Source: Nostoc sp. DedSLP01 (GTDB taxonomy: Bacteria > Cyanobacteriota > Cyanobacteriia > Cyanobacteriales > Nostocaceae). Taken from it: DNA of 64,000 nucleotides. The translations under genes and the position numbers were made by a program. The stretch covers positions 144,608 through 208,607 of the forward strand of contig JAVRCJ020000013.1 in the NCBI GenBank assembly GCA_034530875.2. The letters are read 5' to 3'. Shown one piece after another: positions 41,059-50,344 of the stretch (positions are counted from its first letter, which is position 1; the number at the start of each line of letters is the position of its first letter). Under the pieces are notes generated by a model. It searched no databases. It was not told where the DNA came from and saw only the letters and a program-made list of their open reading frames with translations.

Positions 41059-42267
41059 TTAACGATGCGCCAGTGCTTGCTCTTGTCCTTGCAGCCAACC
41101 TGCGTCATCATTTTTGAAGGGTGAGAGGGCACGTAAACGTTCTACAATACCGGGCATGACTTCTATAACTTTGTCGATTTCAGCTTCAGTAGTGTAGCGA
41201 GAAAGGCTGAATCGGATGGAACCATGCAAGGTGGTGTAGGGTAAGCCCATTGCCCGGAGGACGTGGGAAGGTTCCAAGGAACCAGAGGTACAGGCAGAAC
41301 CAGATGATGCACAAATACCGTATTTGTTCAATAACAGTAGAATTGCTTCACCTTCAATGTACTTAAAGCCGATATTGGTGGTGTTGGGTAATCTGTGCGT
41401 AGGGTCACCATTAACTACACAATCGGGAATAGTGGCGAGTAAAGTTTGTTCTAGGCGATCGCGCAGCCTTCTTTCTCTTTTTGTCGCCTCTTCCAAATGT
41501 AACAGTTCTAGTTCCGCAGCTTTGCCCAAGCCAATAATTCCCGGAACATTCTCTGTTCCCGCCCTGCGTCCGCGTTCTTGGTGTCCGCCAATCAACAAAG
41601 GACGGAATCTCACCCCGCGTCGCACATACAAAGCACCAATTCCTTTGGGTGCGTGCAGCTTGTGACCGGACAGAGTTAACATATCCACAGTGCTATTCTT
41701 CATATTCATGGGAATTTTACCCACTGCTTGCACCGCATCAACGTGGAACAGAGCGCCATGCTCTTTTACTCGTAACCCAATCTGCTCAATTGGGAAAACC
41801 GTACCAGTTTCGTTGTTGGCGTACATAATTGTTACCAACGCAGTGTTACCAGTCAAGGAGGCTTCTAGCTCATTAAGATCTAACTGCCCTCGCTCGTTCA
41901 CCGAAAGGTAGGTAACGTTATAACCTTGGGTTTCCAATTGTTTGCAGACATTCAGTACTGCTGGATGTTCTACTTGGGTGGTGATGATGTGTCGCTTTTC
42001 TGGTTGCGCCAACAATGCAGCGCGGATAGCGGCGTTATCTCCCTCAGTTCCGCAACTGGTGTAGACAATTTCTGACTCATCAGCTCCCAACAAGGCTGCA
42101 AGTTGTTCTCTGGCTGTTTTCACGCCTTTGGCAAGTTGTCCGCCGAAAGTATGCATACTAGAGGGATTGCCGTAAAAGTCCGTCAGGTAAGGCAGCATTG
42201 CCTCTACAACTTGCGGGTCTACCTTGGTAGTAGCATTATTATCGAGATAGATGCAGTTCTTTTGCAT
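41059..42267 (-). CDS. nifS: Cysteine desulfurase NifS
   Basis: YLDNNATT, SGHKLH, SSGSACTS. Confidence 0.97.
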   Translation of the reverse strand: MQKNCIYLDNNATTKVDPQVVEAMLPYLTDFYGNPSSMHTFGGQLAKGVKTAREQLAALLGADESEIVYTSCGTEGDNAAIRAALLAQPEKRHIITTQVEHPAVLNVCKQLETQGYNVTYLSVNERGQLDLNELEASLTGNTALVTIMYANNETGTVFPIEQIGLRVKEHGALFHVDAVQAVGKIPMNMKNSTVDMLTLSGHKLHAPKGIGALYVRRGVRFRPLLIGGHQERGRRAGTENVPGIIGLGKAAELELLHLEEATKRERRLRDRLEQTLLATIPDCVVNGDPTHRLPNTTNIGFKYIEGEAILLLLNKYGICASSGSACTSGSLEPSHVLRAMGLPYTTLHGSIRFSLSRYTTEAEIDKVIEVMPGIVERLRALSPFKNDDAGWLQGQEQALAHR

Positions 42268-42435
42268 TGTTTGTAATTTTGATATCAGAATAATTTAGTT
42301 AGTAGGAGTTAGGAGTTAGGAGTTCAAAGTTAAGAGTTTGCTGTGCCCCTCTGCTCCGTTGCCTTTTAACTTTTAAGCTTCAGCAATTCGTAATTTTTGA
42401 GTTGAATTTTCCATTACGAATTACGAATTATCTTA

Positions 42436-42501
42436 TTAGGCTTCTACTCGCATTGTTCGGGGTTGACGTTTTTGTAATTGTTCAGAGTACTTCTGAGAAT
42501 A
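42436..42501 (-). CDS. fdxN: fdxN ferredoxin 3' remnant (21 codons plus stop), interrupted
   Basis: Reads YSQKYSEQLQKRQPRTMRVEA-stop from the TATTC site, resembling the Anabaena FdxN C-terminus. Directly upstream of nifS. Not in the ORF track. Confidence 0.85.
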   Translation of the reverse strand, partial: YSQKYSEQLQKRQPRTMRVEA

Positions 42502-42510
42502 AAAGTATTC
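42497..42510. other. fdxN-element (XisF) recombination site
   Basis: TATTC on the minus strand (42497-42501) within the palindrome GAATA-AAAG-TATTC, ~40 bp before the xisF ATG. Confidence 0.85.
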
Positions 42511-42549
42511 ACTATCAAATATAATTGACAGTTGTATCTATGCGCTGTT

Positions 42550-44094
42550 ATGGAAAGTTGGGGTTACGCAAGAGTGAGTGGAGAGGAGCAGCAAACAGAT
42601 AAAGGTGCGTTGCGTAAACAAATAGAACGCTTGCGTGGTTCTGGATGTTCAAAAGTATATTGGGATATTCAGTCACGGACAACCGAAGTCAGGGAAGGAC
42701 TACAACAATTAATTAATGACTTGAAAGCATCTCCAAAAGGTAAGGTAAAATCACTTCAGTTTACCCGGATTGACCGTATTGGCTCATCATCGCGGTTGTT
42801 TTATTCATTGTTGGAGGTATTGCGCTCCAAGGAAATTAAACTCATAGCCCTAGATCAAGGAGTTGACCCAGACAGTCTGGGTGGGGAATTAACAATTGAT
42901 ATGTTGCTTGCAGCTGCCAAATTTGAGGTAAGAATGGTGACAGAGCGTTTGAAAAGTGAACGTCGTCATAGGATAGACCAAGGAAAAAGCCACCGAGTTG
43001 CTCCATTGGGATATCGTATTCACAAGGATAAATATGTACGCGATGAATCACCATGCGTTTGCTTGTTGGAAGGACGAAGAGAATTAACTGTATCTGATGT
43101 GGCCAGATATATTTTTAATACTTTTTTTGATTGCGGTTCGGTTGCAGCGACTATTCGGAAACTGCATTCAGATTTTGGTATAGAAACAAAAGTTTTTGAT
43201 TGGAACAAGCCAGAAACATCTTCACGGATTGTCAGTGATGATGATTTAGATAAAATTGTATTTACGCCAAATAAAGTTAACCACCCTTTGCGTTATCCGT
43301 GGTCAGGGTTGAGATGGTCGATCGCAGGTTTGAAAGCGTTATTAGTAAATCCTGTTTACGCAGGGGGTCTACCTTTTGATACTTACGTTAAGTCAAAGGG
43401 AAAACGCAAACACTTTGACGAGTGGAAGGTAAAATGGGGAACTCATAACGATGAGGCAATAATTACCTATGACGAACACGAACGTATAAAACAGATTATC
43501 AGAGGAAATCGACATAACCGATGGGCTTCAAGAGAAGATAACGAAGTTAACCCATTTTCTAATTTAATCAAATGCGCTCATTGCGGAGGTTCAATGACGC
43601 GTCATGCAAAACGAGTAAATAAGGATGGGGAAGCTATCTATTATTTTCAGTGCCGTTTGTATAAAGCTGGCAACTGTAACAATAAAAATATGATTTCATC
43701 AAAAATATTAGACATCCAAGTAATGGATTTATTAGCACAAGAAGCCGAACGTTTAGCGAACTTGGTGGAAACAGATGAGAAACCTATTGTAGAGGAACCC
43801 CCAGAAGTTAAAACTCTCCGCGCATCGCTGAATAATCTTGAAACATTACCGCCAAGTTCAGCAATCGAACAAATCAAAAATGACCTCAAAGAACAAATTG
43901 CGATCGCGCTTGGAGCAACAAATAATGCAGCGAAACAATCCTTGATTGCTAAGGAACGAATTATACAGGCTTTTGCTAATAAAAGTTATTGGCAAGGACT
44001 TAATGCCCAAGATAAAAGAGCAATACTCAATGGTTGCGTTAAAAAAATATGCATAGACGGTAACTTTGTTACAGCCATTGAGTATCGTTACTAA
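42550..44094 (+). CDS. xisF: fdxN-element excision recombinase (large serine recombinase)
   Basis: MESWGYARVSGEEQQTDKGALRKQIERLR...CAHCGG...VTAIEYRY, recognisably close to PCC 7120 XisF, at the fdxN junction. Confidence 0.95.
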   Translation: MESWGYARVSGEEQQTDKGALRKQIERLRGSGCSKVYWDIQSRTTEVREGLQQLINDLKASPKGKVKSLQFTRIDRIGSSSRLFYSLLEVLRSKEIKLIALDQGVDPDSLGGELTIDMLLAAAKFEVRMVTERLKSERRHRIDQGKSHRVAPLGYRIHKDKYVRDESPCVCLLEGRRELTVSDVARYIFNTFFDCGSVAATIRKLHSDFGIETKVFDWNKPETSSRIVSDDDLDKIVFTPNKVNHPLRYPWSGLRWSIAGLKALLVNPVYAGGLPFDTYVKSKGKRKHFDEWKVKWGTHNDEAIITYDEHERIKQIIRGNRHNRWASREDNEVNPFSNLIKCAHCGGSMTRHAKRVNKDGEAIYYFQCRLYKAGNCNNKNMISSKILDIQVMDLLAQEAERLANLVETDEKPIVEEPPEVKTLRASLNNLETLPPSSAIEQIKNDLKEQIAIALGATNNAAKQSLIAKERIIQAFANKSYWQGLNAQDKRAILNGCVKKICIDGNFVTAIEYRY

Positions 44095-44133
44095 ATGTGG
44101 CGATCGTACTGTTACAAGGTGCGATGTGACAAC

Positions 44134-44261
44134 TATAGCGATCCTAAATGAGAAAGTGAAATATTGCATAAAGGTTTGTTGACTGTTGAGTGTTAACCGT
44201 TTACAGTTAACACTCAACAGCCATAACAGATATTTTTCACAAGTGAAATAGGATTGCTATA
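44134..44261. repeat. Dispersed inverted-repeat element with a 15-bp internal hairpin
   Basis: TATAGCGATCCTA...TAGGATTGCTATA ends. Internal CTGTTGAGTGTTAAC/GTTAACACTCAACAG. Confidence 0.65.
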
Positions 44262-44330
44262 TGAATCTCTGAAGGAGAAAATCGCCCTACCCTATTCGCT
44301 AGAATCAAAACAAACTCGAAAAATTTTGCT

Positions 44331-44912
44331 ATGGTAGCCATCCCCCAACAACCGCAAAAAATGACCATCGAGGAATATCTCGTATGGGAACCCCAGCAAG
44401 ACCTTCGCTACGAATACGTCAATGGCGAAGTTTTTGCGATGACAGGTGGTACAATTCCCCACAATGATATTGCACTTAATTTTTACAGAGCTTTATATCC
44501 ACATTTACGTGCTAGAGGTTGCCGAGTGAATGTGTCAGACGTGAAAGTGCAAGTTACGCCTAAAAGTCCTTACTATTACCCTGATGTTATTGTCAGCTGT
44601 GACCCTCAAGACCTCAATGCCCGTAAATTTATTCAAAACCCAAAAATAATTGCCGAAGTTCTCTCCCCTGGTACAAGCAGCAAAGATAGGGGCGAAAAAT
44701 TCATTAATTACCTGAAAATGCCTTCTTTACAAGAATATTTATTGATAGATTCAGAAACAATCTCCGTCGAACGCTACTCTCGAGGAGAGGGAAGAATGTG
44801 GCTTTACTATCCCTACACTGAGGGAGACATTATTACCCTACCTAGCATCGAATTTGAATTTGCGATCGCACTCCTGTATGAAGGGGTTGTATTGGGAAGC
44901 GAAGCGGAATAG
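44331..44912 (+). CDS. Uma2 family endonuclease
   Basis: RYEYVNGEVFAMTGG..H, YYPDV, EVLSPGT...DRGEK, EYLLID. Confidence 0.9.
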   Translation: MVAIPQQPQKMTIEEYLVWEPQQDLRYEYVNGEVFAMTGGTIPHNDIALNFYRALYPHLRARGCRVNVSDVKVQVTPKSPYYYPDVIVSCDPQDLNARKFIQNPKIIAEVLSPGTSSKDRGEKFINYLKMPSLQEYLLIDSETISVERYSRGEGRMWLYYPYTEGDIITLPSIEFEFAIALLYEGVVLGSEAE

Positions 44913-44925
44913 AGTTTGAAAGCGC

Positions 44926-45149
44926 CAGATTCAAAAATTACTCAAAGAAAAGATTGCGATCGCATTTAGAATAACAAATAATACCTCCAAACAATTGCTA
45001 TTTTTTAAGGAAAGAATTATACAAGCTTTTTCTAATAAAAATTACTCGCAAAGACTAAATACCAAAGATAAGAGTTCGATACTCAATGGCTACATCAAAA
45101 AATATGTGTAGATGGCAACTTCGTAACAGCCATTGAGTATCGTTACTAA
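44926..45149 (+). pseudogene. Degenerate duplicate of the xisF 3' end
   Basis: Colinear with 43870-44094. One A missing in the A-run causes a frameshift. The last 24 nt are identical. Confidence 0.9.
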
Positions 45150-45274
45150 GCAGTTTTGTGTTTGGACTTTGTTTTTTGTTTGGGAGTAGCCGAGGTAGAT
45201 TTTAGCTCTGCTTTACGTTTTTCCCATTCAATAACTGTGCGAATTACAACTTGTGACCAAGATTCGTAAGCCAT
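45146..45274 (-). CDS. Putative 42-aa basic small protein
   Basis: MAYESWSQVVIRTVIEWEKRKAELKSTSATPKQKTKSKHKTA. Its stop overlaps the stop of the xisF relic. Confidence 0.4.
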   Translation of the reverse strand: MAYESWSQVVIRTVIEWEKRKAELKSTSATPKQKTKSKHKTA

Positions 45275-45570
45275 AAGCACTATTGTTAGCTAATATGAGG
45301 ATAGCGAAATTTGAAAACTTTTCTGTTCATGGCAAGCCAGTCGCTTCAAATAAAGTTTTTTGGGAGAAAATTTTCAACAAGCAGTTTAGCTACCCAAAAA
45401 TAAAAGGCTGGCAAAGCGACTGAACTAATTCGACTAAAGAAATTTGACAGTTTTCTGTAGAGAGAGAAGTTGTGCTGCAATAATTTTCGGAGAATTTAAA
45501 AATCTGTTGGAGAATTAAGTGTGAAGCGGCAGCAAATGGCTAGTAATAAATTATACTGATACCAGCAAAA

Positions 45571-45951
45571 TTAATCAAGTGTTTCAGTCACAGTATCAGA
45601 AGATTTGAGGTTTTGTAACTCTTCAAAGCTCAAAAAACGCAATTCCTCCATTTTTTGCTTGACTAGACCTAAAAATTCTTTAAACTGAGGACAAGACTGA
45701 CACTTTAGCTGATTACCTGGAATTAGACATTCACAGACAAACCGTGGTCTTTCTTTAAATATGCGATCGCAGTCATTGCATAGATATTTTTGGATGCCAT
45801 TATATCTACTATTTTTTACAAGCCGAGTCGAATTGCATCGAGGACATTCAATACCATAAGTTTTAGGCTGTGGTTGCCATTTCTGTAGAGCTTGTTGCAT
45901 AGCAACTTCACATCTAAGTTTATTTAAATCAAAAACTTTTTGAGTGTTCAT
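45571..45951 (-). CDS. Small Cys-rich zinc-ribbon protein (IS1 InsA-N-like) downstream of the second recombinase
   Basis: CPRC...CNDC plus CEC...CQSC. Confidence 0.7.
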   Translation of the reverse strand: MNTQKVFDLNKLRCEVAMQQALQKWQPQPKTYGIECPRCNSTRLVKNSRYNGIQKYLCNDCDRIFKERPRFVCECLIPGNQLKCQSCPQFKEFLGLVKQKMEELRFLSFEELQNLKSSDTVTETLD

Positions 45952-45973
45952 AAGTCCAAATTAGAATAAATCT

Positions 45974-47515
45974 TCAAATTTTGAGAGTAACTTCTTTAAC
46001 TTCTTTGTTTTGGACAGCGATTCTATGGACAATCTGCTGAAAAATTGTGACTTTATCATCAGGAGAAAGTGTGTGCCAGATTGCCAAATTATTCCCTGCA
46101 CGAATAATTTCCTCCGCACTCTTATTCAAAAGAGAACCAGAGATAAAAGGATTAATTTCCTCCTCAATTTGCTGACGAACTTTAGCCTTGAGGTTTTCCA
46201 AGTCTGGATCGAAACCTGGAATTTTTTCCAGAGCATCTAGCCTTGACTCCAATTCTTTTAACTTCTCTGACTTTTCCTGTGGTATTGGAGATTGTTCTGG
46301 CTCGCTTGTGAAAGTCTGAGAACGTTGCACTAAAGTCTGAATCAGAGCATCCTCAATCTTTTGTTTCCGGGTAGATACTAAATTTGTACATCCCATCCCT
46401 GCGTATCTACAAGCAAAGTAGTAATACTTTCCTCCATCCTTACGTTTGGCACTTTTAGTAATGCATTTAGAACCACATTCAGCACAGAAAACAAGCCCAC
46501 TTTGATAAGCATATTCTCGATATGAATTAGCCCCATTGAGTTCTGGATTGGTGATTGGCCCTTTTTTGTGATTAAACGTGAGTATGCGCTGAATTTCTAA
46601 GGCCTCTTCATCGGTAATGAGTCTGTGTTCGGGATGTGTATTATAGATAAATTCCCAGTTTTCACGCTGATTCTTCTTTCTTTTACCTTTCCCTAGATTA
46701 ATTCGTTGCAGATAAGCAGTATGTCCACATAACACTGGATTAGTTAACCACCAAATAAATCCTCCAACTGTCCAATGAAATTTCCCATCAATGCCATTTC
46801 TGCGATAATTAATTTTAGCCAAACCATATTTTTGGAATATAGCTTTTAAAGCTCTAGTAGCTCCTTGAAAATGGAAAAAAATATCAATACAATCTCTGGC
46901 AATCTGCTTAACTGTTAAAGCATTTAGTTTCGTTAAATCTGTTTCATGATAGAGTTCTCGATAATTAGCTGGTCGATTAGATATTAGACAGAGAAATGGG
47001 CTATCATTGAGTTGATATTGATCGTTAACAGTTTTATAACCCCAAGGATAACATTCACTAGCTGCTTTTTTATCGCGACGGTACTTCTTACCATGACGTA
47101 CTCGTTCTGATAAAGAGTCAATTTCCCATTCGGCAAGAGAGCCTAATACATTAAGCATTAATTTGCCTTGGGATGTCGTAAAATCAATTGCCTGATCTAA
47201 AACTCTGAGATTTACTCCAGTAGTTACAAAAATTTCTATACATTCTCGCAACTTTGGTAAAGACCGTGCGATTCTATCTATTCTGGTAATAATGACTTCA
47301 TCGATATTTCCTTCAGTGATTGATTTCATTAATTCTTTCAAAGCAAGTCTGTTATCCCTACTACCAGATTGAATATCTTGAAAAATTTCTGTTGCTCCAG
47401 CTGCTTTTAGTCTTGCTATTTGTTGTTCAAAAGCATGAGAGTCAACAGCTTGTTCGCGGGAAGAGACTCTAGCATAACCGACAATTCTTTTTCTTTTTTC
47501 TAATTCAATCAGCAT
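45974..47515 (-). CDS. Second XisF-like large serine recombinase
   Basis: GYARVSS, DIQSG, TRIDRIARS, NPVLCG, zinc ribbon CAECG...YFAC, coiled coil. Clearly divergent from xisF. Confidence 0.92.
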   Translation of the reverse strand: MLIELEKRKRIVGYARVSSREQAVDSHAFEQQIARLKAAGATEIFQDIQSGSRDNRLALKELMKSITEGNIDEVIITRIDRIARSLPKLRECIEIFVTTGVNLRVLDQAIDFTTSQGKLMLNVLGSLAEWEIDSLSERVRHGKKYRRDKKAASECYPWGYKTVNDQYQLNDSPFLCLISNRPANYRELYHETDLTKLNALTVKQIARDCIDIFFHFQGATRALKAIFQKYGLAKINYRRNGIDGKFHWTVGGFIWWLTNPVLCGHTAYLQRINLGKGKRKKNQRENWEFIYNTHPEHRLITDEEALEIQRILTFNHKKGPITNPELNGANSYREYAYQSGLVFCAECGSKCITKSAKRKDGGKYYYFACRYAGMGCTNLVSTRKQKIEDALIQTLVQRSQTFTSEPEQSPIPQEKSEKLKELESRLDALEKIPGFDPDLENLKAKVRQQIEEEINPFISGSLLNKSAEEIIRAGNNLAIWHTLSPDDKVTIFQQIVHRIAVQNKEVKEVTLKI

Positions 47516-47600
47516 TCCGAACCTTCCTTATTACTCCAATAAAATTACTTAGCTAACATTTATACTAATGTTTCGTTAATATAAAAATATTAGCAGATTA

Positions 47601-47634
47601 TTGTGCAGATCCACTTCCCACTGGTTATGCACAA
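47601..47634. other. Imperfect palindrome upstream of the second recombinase (candidate att or operator site)
   Basis: TTGTGCAGATCCA-CTTCCCAC-TGGTTATGCACAA. Confidence 0.4.
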
Positions 47635-47758
47635 AAAATAATTAAACCAAGGGAATATTTGATATTCAAACTATTCCTTTACATTCAATTTTGTCTCTTA
47701 ATTATCAATAGAAATTAGAATATAAAGGTTATTATTTACTGATTTATGTTATTCTCCT

Positions 47759-47799
47759 AAAAAAAATCTGCTCTGAAACTAGCTTGCCAGAGCAGATTT
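47759..47799 (-). terminator. Rho-independent terminator of the 47836-48729 gene
   Basis: AAATCTGCTCTG / CAGAGCAGATTT stem followed by a U-tract on the minus strand. Confidence 0.65.
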
Positions 47800-47835
47800 A
47801 AAATTTCATCCTTTGTGCATCTTTTCTGCGACTTG

Positions 47836-48729
47836 TTACTTTTCTTTACAAAATCCTTTTTGATGTTTAGAGGGTTTTTGACCTTCGCCTCGCTTACCTA
47901 TTCCACCCATAGATAGGAAACCATTTTTTTTCAAAGCAGCAAATTGTAGATTAGGATTATTACGAATGCTTCTGAGAGTCTGTAGACGAATCTTGTTATA
48001 TTTGCAGTAGATAGAATTAAACTCACGATCCTGTTGTGCAATCTTTTCAGCGTGTACTCTAATAGCTTCCTCTGTGGAGTCCCAACTTTGAATTTGATTT
48101 TCTTGGAACTTACGAGCTTCCGCAAATCGTCTTGATGGAAGAGAATTGTAGTTTTCACGGATTTGTCTTGACATTACATCACATTCAGAATGTTTTCCTG
48201 TCCAAGAAGTTGGCCCCAAAATTCCTGTTCTTTTAAAAGTATTCTCTAATCGCTCAAATTCGCAGCTAAACCAAAGTTCAGCAGCAGATAGATATTCAAT
48301 TGACGCTTTCCATTCAAATTGGTCGTGTTTTAGAATTTCTTTGCAGAGATTTAGTAAAGCCCAAGACTGTTGAGCATGGGGTTTATAGTCAAACTCCCAG
48401 CTAGAACTTAGCTCTGCTGGGTCACCAGAGGAGCTATTATTGGTAGTATTATCAAAGTGAACTATCCACTTATGTATAGCCTTAAAAGCATCTCGATGAG
48501 ACGAAATTAATACTGCTAAATCCCTCTCTTTTTGCTCACTTATTAAAATTCCATTAGCCTTAATAACAAAATCTGGTAAAAGTGCAAAACTTTGCACATA
48601 GTCGTTTTGGGTGGGGTTTTCTTTTAAGTTTAACCTTCTGATTATTAGATTATATCTACCTGGTTGCATGTTTTCTCGATTTAAGGGAATCATTTTTTTA
48701 ACCATTACATTTATACTGTTAATTATCAA
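47836..48729 (-). CDS. Hypothetical protein
   Basis: 297-aa ORF followed by a terminator. No motif recognised. Confidence 0.6.
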   Translation of the reverse strand: MIINSINVMVKKMIPLNRENMQPGRYNLIIRRLNLKENPTQNDYVQSFALLPDFVIKANGILISEQKERDLAVLISSHRDAFKAIHKWIVHFDNTTNNSSSGDPAELSSSWEFDYKPHAQQSWALLNLCKEILKHDQFEWKASIEYLSAAELWFSCEFERLENTFKRTGILGPTSWTGKHSECDVMSRQIRENYNSLPSRRFAEARKFQENQIQSWDSTEEAIRVHAEKIAQQDREFNSIYCKYNKIRLQTLRSIRNNPNLQFAALKKNGFLSMGGIGKRGEGQKPSKHQKGFCKEK

Positions 48730-49794
48730 ATTTTTACGAATTAAATAAGCTATAAACCTTGTAGTTAGCCAATAATAAACATATTCAATTTATTGATTCT
48801 CGCCAATTTTGTTACAAGCTTTTATGAGACTAAAATCTGCAATAAATTTGACATTTATTTGTATTTTGGTTGCTTGACTAAAAAGCCAAGGATATAAATC
48901 CCCGGCTGCGGTTTATTATTTAATTTTTGGTTTTTTAGCTCAATTCATCTATGAATTATATCTGTAGAAGAAGTCAAAATGTCAAGGCTGATTTTAAATA
49001 AAAAGCTTAATCTCCTTATTTAAAAGCCTTTACCTGCATTTGGTGGGAGAGTTCCACCAGATAGCCATGTGTTAGCACCCGCTAAAGCTAGTCCAGAACG
49101 CATCATCGGATTTCCTACCTTGGCTGTTCGCAGACGTTCTATACTCAACAAGGTACAGGTTGCGATCGCCCGCTTCTTGTTCAGAGTCATTTAACAATAG
49201 CCCGTGAGTGGCAATTAGCATAATACTAGGACACTCACTACTCGTTACTCAAGCAAAAAGCAAGTTATGAACCTTGTCGAGTTTGTCATCGAGATGATTT
49301 ACCAAAACTCAAACCTTTAAAAGAAACAGATTCATCTCCTGCTTGCTGGCTCTGCTGTAGAATGTTTGAAGTAGGAGACAAATTATTCAAACTTAAGGCA
49401 ATACTTCGTTCTCATAAATCAACTTTAAATAAGAAACTCCAGGTTGAGAAAGTATATAGATTTTATGTTGCAGGGACATACTACTTTTTCTTTGAAGATA
49501 TCGATAAAGCTGTAGCTGTTAAAGAGGCTGACAATATTTTATTAATTAACAATTGGTAATTAGATAACTATCGCCATCAGAATACAGTACCAATGTTTTT
49601 GGGTAACTATGGTCACATGACTCAAATTGAAGGTAAATCAGGCTATATACGAGCTGGTGAAATGGCAATCTTTGATGAATCCTCAGAACGCACCATATTT
49701 TCGTGCGATCGCTACTTGGATCGGAGCATCCTTATTTTGCAAAGAGAAGGGAAGAAAGCAAAATAGAGATGCTCCCAAATATTTTAGCCATCTG

Positions 49795-49871
49795 CTTAAA
49801 TGTCTTAACTGTCTTAACTGTCTTAACTGTCTTAACTGTCTTAAATGTCTGCTTAAATGTCTTAACTGTCT
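49795..49871. repeat. 9-bp tandem repeat (TGTCTTAAC and variants)
   Basis: Four perfect units at 49801-49836 plus degenerate flanking units. Confidence 0.85.
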
Positions 49872-49939
49872 GCTCACTTCATTTATATTAAATGCATTGC
49901 ATTTTCTGGATAAACCTGAGATAATTGCTTCACGGAAGT

Positions 49940-50108
49940 TAGAGGATGTTTGAAAAGTCCTTTTATTAAGTAACAAAACGTTTTATATCCTCCTCAATCT
50001 ACTTTCAAAAGTGAGACTTGAAGAAGCTTTTTTGCTTTAAAAAGGGGGGTTATGAGGGATCAACAAGTACCTAAAATTACAGCTAGCTACTTTTCAAACA
50101 ACCTCTTA
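49940..50108. repeat. MITE-like dispersed element
   Basis: TIR AGAGGATGTTTGAAAAGT / ACTTTTCAAACAACCTCT. Confidence 0.7.
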
Positions 50109-50344
50109 TCCGCATTTCTAACTACCTCATAATCAATTTACGAAAAATCAATTGTGTTCTGCAACATTAGCTATTTATAAATAGCTGAGATTTGATTGTG
50201 CTTGGAGTATAAAAGTACTGTAAATAATAGGTATATGCTTTCTCATATCTGATATTTTATGGTCAATATGATTAGATAAATTTGTAATATTGAAGACATT
50301 GTTAATATTGGGAATTAGTCAAGTTGAGTTTTTAAAATTTTAAG

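Noticed and set aside
45571..45951. IS1 transposon
   Set aside because: Only a zinc ribbon is present; no InsB/DDE domain or terminal repeats.
49627..49976. Cys-rich or Arg-rich repeat peptides as RiPP precursors
   Set aside because: The periodicity comes from the 9-bp DNA repeat on both strands. No leader peptide or RiPP enzymes nearby.
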